Origin: Podospora anserina | Lineage: Eukaryota | Length of the DNA stretch: 64,000 nucleotides | Assembly: GCA_017654855.1 (NCBI GenBank) | Contig: CM030337.1 | Location: 1,612,001-1,676,000, forward strand | Reading direction: 5' to 3' | Part shown: in pieces, positions 11,691 to 24,361 of the stretch | How positions within the stretch are numbered: the stretch's first letter is position 1 | Layout of the letters: the number at the start of each line of letters is the position of its first letter | The notes under the pieces: generated by a model | Seen by the model: only the letters and a program-made list of their open reading frames with translations | The model's database searches: none | Told to the model about the DNA's origin: nothing | Program-made: the position numbers and the translations under genes

Positions 11691-13547
11691 TATTAGGGGT
11701 AATGTATACTCTTAGCGTGTACAATACACATACCCAATAGGCAGGGCGATGCCTCCTCTCCACTATTTGTTCTGACAATAATTGGGGCGAAACTCCAGAA
11801 AGTTGTGGTGAATGAAATAGCTATGGCTGGAGCTTTGCTTTACTTACCATAACTGAAAGCTGGTAAATGTGGGAGTTTTAGCGACCAAGAATTCTCTGGA
11901 TGCTTATTGGCCTACTCCTTTGTTTGGAGTATTCACTCCTTTTTGGGAGATACGGGTGAAAGACCACGAGGACGACTTCGCTCCTGCCTTTTGTGGCAAT
12001 GGCAACCACAGTCAAAGGTATCTTGTGCCATTGATCTTTTAAAACATAACTTTTGTTAGTAAGTCTTTGTGATAAGAAAAGAGAGCGTTCGACACCTCGT
12101 ACTACAAGGTGGAAAGTATGGAGAAAATTTGTTAGGATACGGGCCTTCAAGGATAATTGATATGTCTTTGAGATAGTGAGCTAATAAAGGTAGGTAGGGT
12201 GCCTCCGAAGTTTTTCTTGCTTCCCCAAATCCAACTCAATAATATGATGTAAGGTACGGCAGGTACTTTGGGGCGCCCATGAATGTTCAGAGAAAACGAC
12301 GAGTTAAGTTGTGAATATAGTAGAGAATGCTCCCCTGTAATACCTACGTGGGGCTATGAAACTACCACTGTACTGATGAACAGATTAAACATCTTTTCAC
12401 AATTCTTCTAACTATATCTCGTGTGTCTTTCCACTTTCTTGAACAACATAGGTAATGGGCAAGCAATAAAAGTATACCCCCTTGAAATCCCACACTCGGA
12501 TCGCCAAGGCGAAACCACCAAAACAAGCTTTCAAGCCAAGATCAAGCCCGGCTTGGCCATCCTTCGTTTCCTCACCCCTTGTACCGATCTTCGACGACAT
12601 CGCATTCTAAAACTTGATATTGCTGGTGTCATTGTCAATTCCTATAAAACGGTCTTTAGCTTCCTCAGCGAGGCTCGGGACAGGCAAGGGTCTCACCTTT
12701 AATCAAGCGTTAGCTTTGAGGCTTATAAACCAGCAAATTCCCATTGGGCACTTGGGCAAGCGTATCGCTCAACGGTCTCCTGACCCCTCCTTAGTGTGAG
12801 CATGTTTTCAGTGGTACATAACTCCACTTCCGAGTATAGTGGCATAAGGAAGATGTCGGAATTTGAGTTTAAGGGTTTCCACTCCACTCGATCTAAACGC
12901 TCTAGCCCGCGCATAACGCTCCATGGGGATCCAACCTCTGTTAGACATCTCCACGGCAAAGGCGGCATAATTTCCAAGTGTTCATGCACCAAAGCAGGAA
13001 GGCAGGCATGTTGTAACTTTGATAATTTTTATTTTGTGTACATCCCTAGCCAAACTCGGATATTGTTCCTTCAAACTTAGCCAACTAATCAAATGATATT
13101 ATTTAACGCCTTAAACACCTTTCCCAATCCCGCTTATGACAAACCAAAACCAATGTGCCCCAAAAAAAAAAAAAAACAAAAAAAAACCCGCGATCTCTCG
13201 GAATCCCGAAAGTGGTGAAGACGGTGACGTCCCGAGCCAGTCGCTCGCGAAAAAGACAAGCTGAAAGAGCTCCACAATTGCGCGCGTTTCCAGCTTGTGC
13301 CGATGGGATCCACACCACAGCTCCACCCCCGATATATCCGTTCAATGGTAGAATTATCCCCGGATCCCGAATCCCGGGATCGTGGAGAAATATCGTGGGG
13401 GAAAGCCAGGAGGCGGGATTTTTGGACCCCCCAAAGCCCTGAACCCTATTCAGCTCATCCCGGGACTTGCAGCTGAGCGATATCGGCACCACCACCAACC
13501 ACCATCAGCAACTCAGAGAGAACATCGTGAGTGTGTGAGGTAGGTAA

Positions 13548-13875
13548 TCAGTGAGCAGAAGGGCTCGCTTGGTTGGAGTCAAGCGTTGTGATGGAGGAGG
13601 AGGAGTCGCCGCGGAGGGTCTTTCTTCTTTCGCTGCAAAGGAGAAATAACGGGTTAGTTGAGCGGTTTTGAGAGATGCGATGGATGAGAACAACAAACAT
13701 ACTGGGTATTCCGGTCGACAATGGTGCACTCCCACTTGGCACCAGCGGTGCGAATGTGGAACTTGACGCTACCGGTCTCGAGCAGGTTGCGGACCTTGGG
13801 GTCGTAGTGGGAGAGGTCAACCGTGCTGGAGGAAGCAGAGAGGTTGGGGGTGCTGGTGGTGGGTGAGGAAGACAT
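13548..13875 (-). CDS. Small 85-aa two-exon protein of unknown function
   Basis: Exon 1 13875-13703, intron 13702-13633 (GTATGT...CTAAC...TGCAG), exon 2 13632-13548. Product: MSSSPTTSTPNLSASSSTVDLSHYDPKVRNLLETGSVKFHIRTAGAKWECTIVDRNTHERRKTLRGDSSSSITTLDSNQASPSAH. Strong C-ending codon bias. Confidence 0.8.
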
Positions 13876-14039
13876 CTTGATAGTGAGGAGATATGTGTGT
13901 GTAAGTGTGTGTAGAGCTGGCGCTTATATGGCAGTGGCTGAGAGTGAAGAAAGGTAGACGAAGGTCAGAGAAGTGAGGAGGCAGTCGAGATGAGTTTGGG
14001 AAGCTAGAGAAAAGGAAACGGGAGACGGGGCAGAGCGTA

Positions 14040-14049
14040 AATTATATAG
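14040..14049 (-). promoter_or_regulatory. TATA box (TATATAA) of the small 85-aa gene
   Basis: The reverse complement of ATTATATAG lies about 170 nt upstream of the ATG and is followed by a pyrimidine-rich leader. Confidence 0.55.
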
Positions 14050-17000
14050 ACCAGGCACGAGGCACGAGGGGGAAGCCTCCAGAGCGCTGGACAAGGGGGT
14101 GGGCTGTCTGGCCCCTTCTCCTATCGGGTGTCACTAGCACGGGGCATCCATGGAAAGATACACACGGACTCGGGGACTCGGGTCTTCCAGTTCCTGGGGT
14201 CTCTCTGTGTGTGTATCGGAAAGTGGGTGTGGACTTGGTGGGTCAATAGGGGGAGCGCATACAGCCGAAGCCAAATCGCAGGAAGAGTTGCCCTAAGCAT
14301 GAGCCATTTTGTTTAGCTTCAGGTACGTACCTATGTACCTTGATAGCGATCCGACACATCAAGCACGCTTGCATGCCTGGGTCTTCAGCCGGCTGAGTCC
14401 ATGTTTTCTCTCGGTTGCAGCGAGAAGGTTGCAGAGATGTCTGTACTACTCAACCCTTCTTGCATTTCGTATTTCACAGATGGAGAATGGGGTTTGGTGT
14501 GGTGGCATCCCTATCTCGGCGCTTTTTCGAACCTGTAGCTAACTTGGGGTGGGATGCGAGGATGGAGAAGCGAACCACTGGACCCGCAGCTTAGGAACCC
14601 GGGCTCTCATGCAAGCACTTTGTTGCCGTGAAGCCGGGAGTCAGACATCATTATCCCAAGTTATGACATTGAGAATGGACATTAGCCAGTCGCGGTCAAG
14701 ATTGACATGGTGCAGCTGGGTTCCCCAGCCCACACACCACACTTGACCCAGAAACCGGAAACCAGCCAGCCGTTTGCTGACCAGGCTGGGGTCAACGTGT
14801 GCGGGGGAGGAGAAATGGAGGTGGCATGTAGGGGGTAAATACCTAACACCTGTGTTGGTGTGTTGTGGTCGTAGGTGGTATCAACGGTAGGGTTACCGGC
14901 TTGGTATTGTAAGCCACGCCGCCATGATCTCCGTTCCCGTCTTGGCTGTAGAGCTTGAGTTCCAAAGTTCTCCAGCCAGCACGCAGGGCTCCAGAGTACG
15001 AATGGAAGCGCCAAGGTTCCTGTCTCGGGCGATCACATCGTTCTGGAAAGATGAGAGCTGATGAGCCGACCCCCGCAATTGCAGAACACCACACCGTGTT
15101 TGTGGCAGCAGGTTACGTGCGTGTAGTCATCTCATTTGTCCAGGCCTTGGCATGTGTCGAGGGCACATCGGAATATCATGCCCGAAAATGACAGAAAGAG
15201 AACTCTGAAGGCGACCTCGAAGCGGCTCTTGCAGAAGTGGCAATGGAAGGACGAGAGTGTGGCAGCAAGCTCTTGCGGCCGGTAAACCAGTTTGGAAGGA
15301 GATGTGGTGGAGGCGCTTACATCAAGATGATGAGATTGAGGATCTCCGGCCGCAACGCGGTGACATGTCGAAACACAGAACAGGCGTCATTCCATGTGAA
15401 AAAGAATGAGAAGAGTTCTTGGAGTGAGTCTCCGATCACAGATTGTGAGACGAATGCTGAACTGGATGTCGTGCAGGCCAGTGTCGTGATAACGACATTC
15501 TCACGGTGATTGAGGGTGTGTGGCCCTAGCTTGTCTTTCCCGGCGTCTTGGCTCGGCCGTTAGCCAATCACAAGCTGGGGCATTTCTCGGATTGGTAAGT
15601 GGCGGTGAAGTGGGGTATTTTACCACATCTGCCAAGCGAGCCAAGCCGGCTGCCAAGTCTCAAAGTCTGGCACTTGGACGACACCTCATTCCAGCGTCCT
15701 GATCGATAGATCTCAGCATCAGGACAATCGAGCATCACAAATACCGTCTCAATTCCAGACTCGGGAATAATGACGGATAATTTCACTCGCATACCCTCCT
15801 CTTTGTGGCGCGGGACTTCGACAGCCGGACTGGATTTTCTCGCCGTAGAAACACAGCAACTGCAGCTCCATTCGACTGCTCATTGGTTGTGTAAATGTTC
15901 TGTAAGCGCTCCCCTACCGAGTCATGAGGGAATTCCCAACCGTTTCCATGCTTTTTCTAGCCAATGCTTGGCTCGTCCTAATCTTGGGAGCCTCAGGCCT
16001 CCCGATTCACTGCATCACCCAGTACCTCCTATCATGCTCTCAAGTAATAAAGCCGAACACGCGAAGAGCACGGGCTCCCGAGGTCCGTTACCCACTATGG
16101 AATCCTGGCCTTCTTCTAGACGATTGATGAGGGAAAAAGTCTCGGGTGCCTGCTTCTGGCTATAGCTACGACCGAGACCATGGCAAGACAACCAACTAGG
16201 CTCGTGTCTTACGAGACCGCCTAGAGTTGGGCTCTCATGATTCGAGACAGTAGTTCTCTAGTTCTTGGGTTAAAATGGTGTTCAGGGTGCAGCAGCAACT
16301 ACCACCAGGGATCCCTCGCCAACAACGGCGTGCCCTGGTCTCCACCATTGCGTACCGTTCCGTAATGGAGCGAGCTAAAGTGGCGAGCCGACAAATGGAG
16401 ATATCCTCGTCCTTGAACCCCTAGGAGCAGAGACCGCGTGACGGAATCACTGGCTCAGGAGAACGGGTTGGGCTGCGCTGGCGCCTTGTTCACCTGTTCG
16501 TGGTCGCCTTGAGCTTGGGGCGCTTATCCGGTGCGCCGGAAACACTGGAGATTCCAAGATGTTTGTCGGTATATGACTGACCACTTTGTTGCCACGAAAC
16601 TTGCTCGCGAATTGCTCACCCACCCCGACGAGCGGGTGGTTACCTTTCCGACATACAAACTGTTTCGGTTCCTTTCCACGTTGACTTTGCGAGCATCGGA
16701 TCACATTTCAACTACGGCAGTCAACCCTAGGAACGATGCTGCTAGTATCCGAGCATGCACTTCAACGGCTCGCCGCTCCAAATTCCTTCAAAAATTCGAA
16801 ACGATCTTGATTCAAAGCACCATGGAATGGACCCCTTCCTTATTAGGAGACCTACAGGTAACATGCCTTGGCAACCGACACGAGCTTCCCATGAGACATA
16901 CTGGAGATGCTGCTTAAGAGCCTCGTGCTCCTCACACCAAACAATGTCTAGACCATTCCAAGAGCCGCCAAGGCCTTGTTCAACATCAAACGTTACTTGA

Positions 17001-18912
17001 GATTAGGTGATTTTTCTGCACGAGGCGGATCGTACAACGCTGGCCAAGCCGGTGGTTCCGTATTGGAGTTCTTCTGAACAGCCAGTGGTCAGCTGGCTTC
17101 CCATCACAGCCGATGAATGTGAAGTCATCGCATTCGTACCTAGGTGGGCAGCATCTGGCACGTCGGTTCTGACAGCAAACGTGAACCACCAATCTGGTCT
17201 AGACCCTTGACACAAGCAAGCTGTCAATGACGACGCCCGTGCCACCTCCCAAGACGGAGGAAACCTACAACATAGGCTGACGAAGGTTCCCTAGAGTCCC
17301 CTGCCCAGCCGGGTGCTACATATGCGGTGCGACACGTTTGTCACATTATATGCCACCCTACTGCTTCCAGAGGAGTGTCAGTTGATTGTTGGTCTGGGTG
17401 TGGTTGTTCAACATGTGCTAGCAGAGGTCCTTCTGTTATCGTGAGTTTTTGTTACGTGAGTGGTTGGAAGTATCTGGGGAAACTTTGCATGAGTTTTGAC
17501 CCATAGTAAAGGAGAGAGGGGGGGGTCGAAGCGCATATATGTCCAGCTTGGGAGACCTACATGCGTCCAAGCTTATGCATGGACCGGCTTGGGTCAGCCA
17601 CGTTATGTGGTTCTTCCAACTTTGTATGGGATGCTGGCCAGCTTTGGAGGGGAGAATTTCCGAGTTGAGAATGACAAGCAGGAAGAACACCACCCCGGGA
17701 ACAGGTCGGTAAAGACTTATACGGTTGGCTTTTGCCAAAACCCCACGTTTTGGCCCTACACAAGGTAATAGCTCGTGGGATATGGCTGTATGGAATAGGA
17801 AAAGATCAGCACACCTTCTTGTGGTTGATGGATTGACAGGTGGAGGTGAAGAACGCCAGACTCTATTAGGTACCTTATCCAAGATGGTGTAGAGAAAGTC
17901 AAACTCATCACATTAAAAGTTCCAGGCATGATAGCAATCGAAAGCAAAAGCAAAGATCTATCTGTATCTTGGTGTGCAAAACATAAGCAAACACTGATGG
18001 CAATGATCTGCTTCATCCCAACGTACCACCGAAACTTGCAGCACTCGGATTTTCACCTAAGCTGACAACAGTTCTCGTTTCGACGTATCCCGAGACTTTT
18101 GACAACCCTACCCTCAGGTGGGTAGTCAGCTTCTGTTTCTCAACAAAGAAGTTCTTGCCCGTAAGTGATTTTCTCATTTCCTTTCCAACCAGCTCAAATC
18201 AATTGTGACAAACGTCCATGTTTTTACACCCTTCATCTAGGAAAACCCAAACCTCAAAAGAACCACTACAAAGTGCCTTTTATACAACTCACAACTCTCA
18301 CCCCCTTCTCCGCATTCCATCCTCTTCAAATAAGAAAGTTTTACAACATTGGAGGGTATTCATTATACCTGCGCACCACACCACCTTACCTACCTGATGG
18401 ACAATTCTCCATCGACACCCACCTCACTTCATTTCACCCATCTAAACAACAATCCCTCACTTACACAACCCGTTCCATCATGGCACATTAAAACTCACAT
18501 TCCCTTCTACTCCATCAGTTGGTCCTGTTGCCACGCTGTAGTCTCGTTGATACGGCAAGAAGAGAAGGTGGAGTAAGGGGATATGATATAGCGATGACGC
18601 TGCTCTCTCATCCATGTGCGCATCTCCCTCGGTAACCTTCAACCTAGTCAACCAACCAGAACTGACCTGATTTTCCCTCATAAGCCTATCTTATAGCAAG
18701 CTCTAGATTTGCTTACAGGCCCCGGTATTCACCTCATACCACATCAAGAAATGCCCATATAGCCTCACTTCAAAGGAAAGCACGCCGGAACCAAGAGTTG
18801 GGATCATTACAATCATCATCGTTATTTATCTCACAGCACCCCAAACAATTACTATCGAAAAGTCCGGTTACGCCGTACAAGTACAGTCTATAAACAAAGT
18901 TTGGTATCTCTT

Positions 18913-20387
18913 TTAAAGCTTCTCGATAATCGCATCCGTGAACTGCTTGGTGGAAGCCTTGCCACCAAGATCACCAGTAAGAGCCTTGCCCTCGGCAAGG
19001 GTGGCGAAAGCCGCCTTCTCGATGCGGTCGGCGTACTCGTTCAGGCTCATGTGTCTCAACATCATCATGGAGCTGAGGAGGAGAGCGGTGGGGTTGGCAA
19101 GACCCTTGCCGGCAATATCAGGGGCGGAACCGTGGACGGCCTCGAAGATGGAGCACTCGTCGCCAATGTTGCCGGAGGGGGTCAACCCGAGACCGCCAAT
19201 GAGACCGGCGCACATGTCGGAGAGAATGTCACCGTACAGGTTGGGCATGACGAGGACCTTGTCGTTGTAGGGGATGGGGTCGGTAGTCATCTTGAGGCAG
19301 GTGTTGTCGAGGAGCTCGGCGTCGAACTCGATATCGGGGAACTCCTTGGCGATGTTGTGGGCGCACTGGAGGAAAAGACCGTCGGACATCTTCATGATGG
19401 TGGCCTTGTGGACGACACGGACCTTCTTGCGGCCGATGGAGCGGGCATGCTGAAAGGCGAACCGGAGGACGCGCTCGCTGGCCTCGCGGGTGATGAGCTT
19501 GATGCTCTGGACGACACCATCCACCACAACGTGCTCAATGCCGGAGTACTCGCCCTCGGTGTTCTCGCGGATCAGGACGGTGTCGACGTTATCGTAGGGG
19601 GTCTTGTATCCAGCAACCGAGCGGCAGGGACGGAGGTTGGCGAAGAGGTTGAAAGTGCGACGAAGGGTCAAGTTGAGAGAGACGTGGCCCTTGCCGATGG
19701 GGGTCTGCAAGCCCATGTTAGAATGCGCCAACTTACACGATAGAAGTGGGGGCGGGGCATACAGCAAGAGGACCCTTGAGGGCAATCTTGTTTCTCTTGA
19801 TGCTCTCGATGGCATCGTCGGGGATAGCAGTCTTGCCATCCTTGAGGATGGGGTCGACGTTGATGGGCTCCCAGGAAATTGGCGTCTGTTCTTTTGTTTA
19901 GTCTTTGTGCTTTGTAGAGGTGGTATCGGATGAACGGAAGCTGTCGCGAAACGTACCTTGGCGGCGGCGAAGATGTCCTTGACGGCAACGGCAATCTCGG
20001 GGCCAATGCCATCACCTTCGATCAAACTGACTGTGTAGTTACCCTGGGATAGTCAGCCAGGCGTTTTGTTTTGTCGGCGAGGTGTCAAGGCTTGATTTTT
20101 GTTTGAGTGATTTTCAAGCCCCTCTTTGCGGCAAGCTGTCGCATGCGCCCCTCTGAGACCAACACATACCTTCACATCCTTCTTTCCCTCGTACTTGGCG
20201 ACCTTCTCGGAGTATAGTCTCTGGTTCTGTTTCGAGGGACCGGTATTAGCTGTGTGATTGTGACAGTGAGCTGAGTACAAGTTGGGATTCTTTGTCGCAC
20301 CTGCAGCGAAAGAGTGACGGCCGCGCGGGGAGCTGCGCGGAAGGCCTGGCGCTGCGCAGGGACAGCAATGGCACGGAGGGCGAACAT
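18913..20387 (-). CDS. IDH2: Mitochondrial NAD-dependent isocitrate dehydrogenase, catalytic subunit; 5 exons
   Basis: Presequence [21 protein letters not shown]. Motifs [47 protein letters not shown] and [13 protein letters not shown]. Four canonical introns. Confidence 0.95.
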
Positions 20388-21124
20388 GGTGACGGTCTGA
20401 TATGAATTCGTGGTTGGGTAAATGCCCGTCTCAAACAAGCAACAGGGCAACAAATGGAAAGAAAGAGCGGCAGACCAAGAGGAAAATCGTCAAAGTTTAG
20501 GGAAGCAAGAATGGCAGAGAGTTTTAGGTGCCAGGTTCCTAGAAGAGCAGGAGGATAAAAACCGACCTCAATGCAACCAACTGAATCCACCAGCTGATGC
20601 AGGTTTTGGCAGCGACGCAACGGGCAGCGCCTGATGGCCTGTGCTTTGCAGGGACAGGGCCAGTGATAATGAGACCGAGCTGACGGAGCTTCGCTGCTGA
20701 ATCTGTTCAATTACGTAGCCGATAGCGATAATTACTCACTCACCGCCCGAGGTCGCCTTCCATATCTTCCATATGGCCGGCAGAATCGACGCTTTTCTTC
20801 GGCCCTACACAGGCGGTGAACACTTGCCCTTCTTCACCCGATAACGCCGCCGGACCTTTTCGTTTCCGATGCTCGACCTCCACACGGCACGCGGGATGCC
20901 AAGCTCCAAGCTCCAATCCCTGCCACCCCGCCGAGACCCCTGTACGACGCCAACCGCAACGACTGCATTGACAGCCGCGGACGCATCACCAGAAACCGAC
21001 GACATCGACACAATGGAGCACCGCCACGATGCATGACTGATGAATTACATGTCCCCTTATCAACGAGAGATTCTAGTATAATACCAGTCTCCGATAGAGC
21101 AGAAGTCATCGCGACATCGGCGCC

Positions 21125-24100
21125 ATGGCTGACATCGAGCGAGAGCGGGCCGTTCTCGACTTCTACCAAATATCATCGCTGAAACCTGAAACGCTGGTCC
21201 AGTGGCCAACAGAGAAAGACCGCGACAGCGACGCCTCCGAAGATGAGAGTGTCAAGAAAAAGGCGAACAGGAGGAAGTCGAGATACCAGGCATTGGAAAG
21301 GGCTGTGAGCACCAGGAGTAGCTTCGTCCCTGGTTCTGAGACTTCAGGGAGTGGTGTTGCGAATTTGGTGCAGCGAGACGAGCCAGACCCCCTAGGGTCA
21401 ACTGACAGTGTTGTTCGGACATTGAAACAGCTGGGGGTTCCTCTTCAAGATGACTTGAAGCTTCGTAAGTTTGTAGGATATCGTGTTTTTGATATACCAA
21501 GATACTTACTTGGACATGTTCTCAGGCAACCGATTCCTCCTCTCCTCGACGACCTTCTCCCCAGCGCTCTTCCTATCCCAAATGCACGCCACAGCCGATA
21601 CCCAATCCCTCCTCAACGGTCTAGACATACTGTCTCGATCGATCGACCAAAAATCCGCCTCTTTGAAAGTGCTCGTCGAATCCAATTTTGAGCGCTTCGT
21701 CCGCGCCAAAGCCACCATCGACAATGTCTACAAAGAAATGAAATACCGCGGGGTTGATCCCACGCCGCCTCGGGCCAGGGCGCACTCTCGACATGCCAGC
21801 AGGAATAGTTTTCGGAGTGGCAGCGGTGCGCCCATGACGAGCCCCCTGAACCCTGCGACGGACCCTAGAAAGAAGAACGCTTTGGCGAAAGAAAGCGAGT
21901 ACGGTATTTTGGGTATCAAAGCGCCATTGCTTGATGTATCGGCCAAGGCAGAGGAGGTTTGGGGGCCAGCTCTCGGTGGCCGGGAGAAGGAAGAGCATTT
22001 GAAAACTGTGGTCTCGTCGCTGGATAGCTACAAGGAGTATGTTGAGATCAGTGCAGCTATCGCTGACAGCATCAAGCGCAATGATCATGAATCATTGGTG
22101 GAGGAATACACAAAAGCGAGAAGATTTGCCGAACAAGCAAAGCAGCTTGCGCAGGAACTCGAGGGGTCGCAGCCAGATGAGGACCAGGTGTATCGTATCG
22201 TACTGGCAGCGCGCATGTGGCATGACGTGGAGGAACAAATCAGCAACCTCAAACGTGATATCTGGAGGAGCTTGGTATCTCCATACAACATGGCAAAGCC
22301 AGACTCTGGGAAGTCGGGTGACCAGCATATGGAACTGATCACCCTCCTCCTGGAGCTCGGTGTGGAAGACAACCCCATCTGGGTGTGGCTGCTCAGTCGT
22401 TACGACTACTTGAAGAGCAAGATTCAGTCGACGACGGAGCGGTCCAAGGTCGAGATTGAGATCCTGAGGCGCCGTCTTGCCAATTCTGAGAAGCCGAGCC
22501 CTCAGACGATTGCTTCTCATATGCGAACTCTTGGACGTCAATCCCTCGAATCAAAGACTAAAACCTTTGACTCCCCTGACATTGCCGAGTTGTGGGAGCT
22601 CAACGTGGCTTATATGAGCAACTTGCTCTCCTCTCAGGGGATTTTGGGAGAGGTTCTCGAGTTTTGGCAGACGGTTCAGGGGTTTATTGAGGGGAAGACG
22701 CAGAGGAGCTTGCCGGTTGGGTATAGAGGCGAGTCGAAGGAGCATCATCGGTTGTCTCAACAGGGCACGGTTGATCTCCAGAAGGGCGCTGTGGAACTGG
22801 TCAGTTTGATTCGGGAGAGTGTGTTGATGTTTTTTGCTGGGCCTCCGCCAGAGGATATCTCGTTGCTGTTCTCGCCTATGCCGCAGACGCCGAGCACGCC
22901 GGGGTATGGTGGGAATTTGACACCGCGAGACCCGAGGTTCAATCTTGATCCGAATAATATCCCGCCACCGTCGCCGAGGAGAGGGGAGGCTTGGGAGAAG
23001 TTTGCGTTTTGGCCGCCGTGGTCTAATTCGTTGAGTGGTGTTCACTACCTCGCTCGGATGTTGGTTCTTGTTGGTGCGGCGGCGTGCGATATGGCTTCTA
23101 TTGAACCGGTCGGGCAGGGAGATGCAGCCGAAGTCGAGCGGGTTAAGACCCTGGTTGGCGTGGCAAGGGAACGATGCGTGACTGCGTTGTGCGCGGCGTG
23201 GAACAGGGACGCCGAAAACATCAAGTACGTGGAGGACTGGAACAGGTCCCCGGACAGAAAAGAGGTGACCAAGATGCCTGCCAGTTTCAAGGCGTTTGAG
23301 GGGGCGTTGTTGGCGGGTATGCAGAACATTCTCTACATCTCGGAAGCTATGGACAAACCGGGTGCTGGGGAGATTGTTCTGCCTCCGCCGCCGAAGCTGT
23401 TGCAGATGGTTAGAAGCCAGTATGTGACGACGCTGTACAAGGCGCTGAGCGGGATGGTGGAGAATGCGGAAAGGCCGGTGAAGAAGGCGGATGATGAGTG
23501 GACGGTGGATGTGGATGGGTATGTGCTCGTTAGCAGTGCTGCTGCGCCTAGGGCGTCGACGGCGGTGGGAGGGAGTACGATTGATGCTGGTGATCGGGTA
23601 TGTTTATTTTTCCCCCTCTATATCCATGAAGTCACTGACCGCAGTAGAACGTCCGCATGCTATTAACCCTCTCCAACCTCTCGGCCCTCCGCACCGAAAT
23701 CGTCCCCGACCTCAACACCCAGTTTGAAAACGCGTTTAGCGTCAAACTCACCGATGAGACAAAAACCATCCGTGACGTCCTCAGTCAAATCGATGCTCGG
23801 CTCTTCCAATCCTACACCCGCCCCGCCATTGAGACACTGAAACGCATCATCCGCGCCGGAGTGTCGGATCCAAACTGGGCGCCCTCCTCCCCGTCCCGGC
23901 CAAAAGAAGTCCGTCCTTATGTCTACGAGGCGCTCCTGTCTCTCGTCCTCGTCCACACTCAGGTATCGACCACAGCCGCGACATTGACCTCCCAGGTCCT
24001 GTCTTATCTGCTCGAACAAGCCTCGAAGGAACTGCTGGAAGCTTTCAAGTCGAGGCAGCGGTATAACCTTGAAGCACTGATGCAAGCAACATTGGATGTT

Positions 24101-24361
24101 GAGTTTGTGGCGCAGACGCTGAGCCATTACACTACTGACCGGGCAAGCGAGCTCCAGAGCCAGATTTATCAGGAGTTGGATGGGAGGACAGATAATGAGG
24201 CTAGGGCGAGGTTGCAGGGGGAGTTGCCGGAGATGAGGGCAGTTCTGAAGAGGTTGAGGGAGGCGAGTAAGAGCGAGTTTGCTTGTTTTAGGAAGCCTAA
24301 GAGGCCGGTAGGAAATGGGTTGGAGAGGAGGGAGACCGGGGGGAGTGTGGGGAGTTTGTGA
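21125..24361 (+). CDS. SEC5: Exocyst complex component Sec5; 3 exons
   Basis: FLLSSTTFSPALFLSQMH, LKVLVESNFERFVRAKATIDNVY and LMQATLDVEFVAQTL. Introns at 21465-21525 and 23598-23647. Confidence 0.93.

Noticed and set aside
4931-12197. AGGTAG at 4931 and 12188 as the target-site repeat of an Enterprise/Starship element
   Set aside because: The hexamer recurs many times in the window, and no DUF3435 tyrosine recombinase is present.
18901-19743. 280-aa ORF antisense to IDH2
   Set aside because: Same codon-bias shadow effect; no independent motifs.
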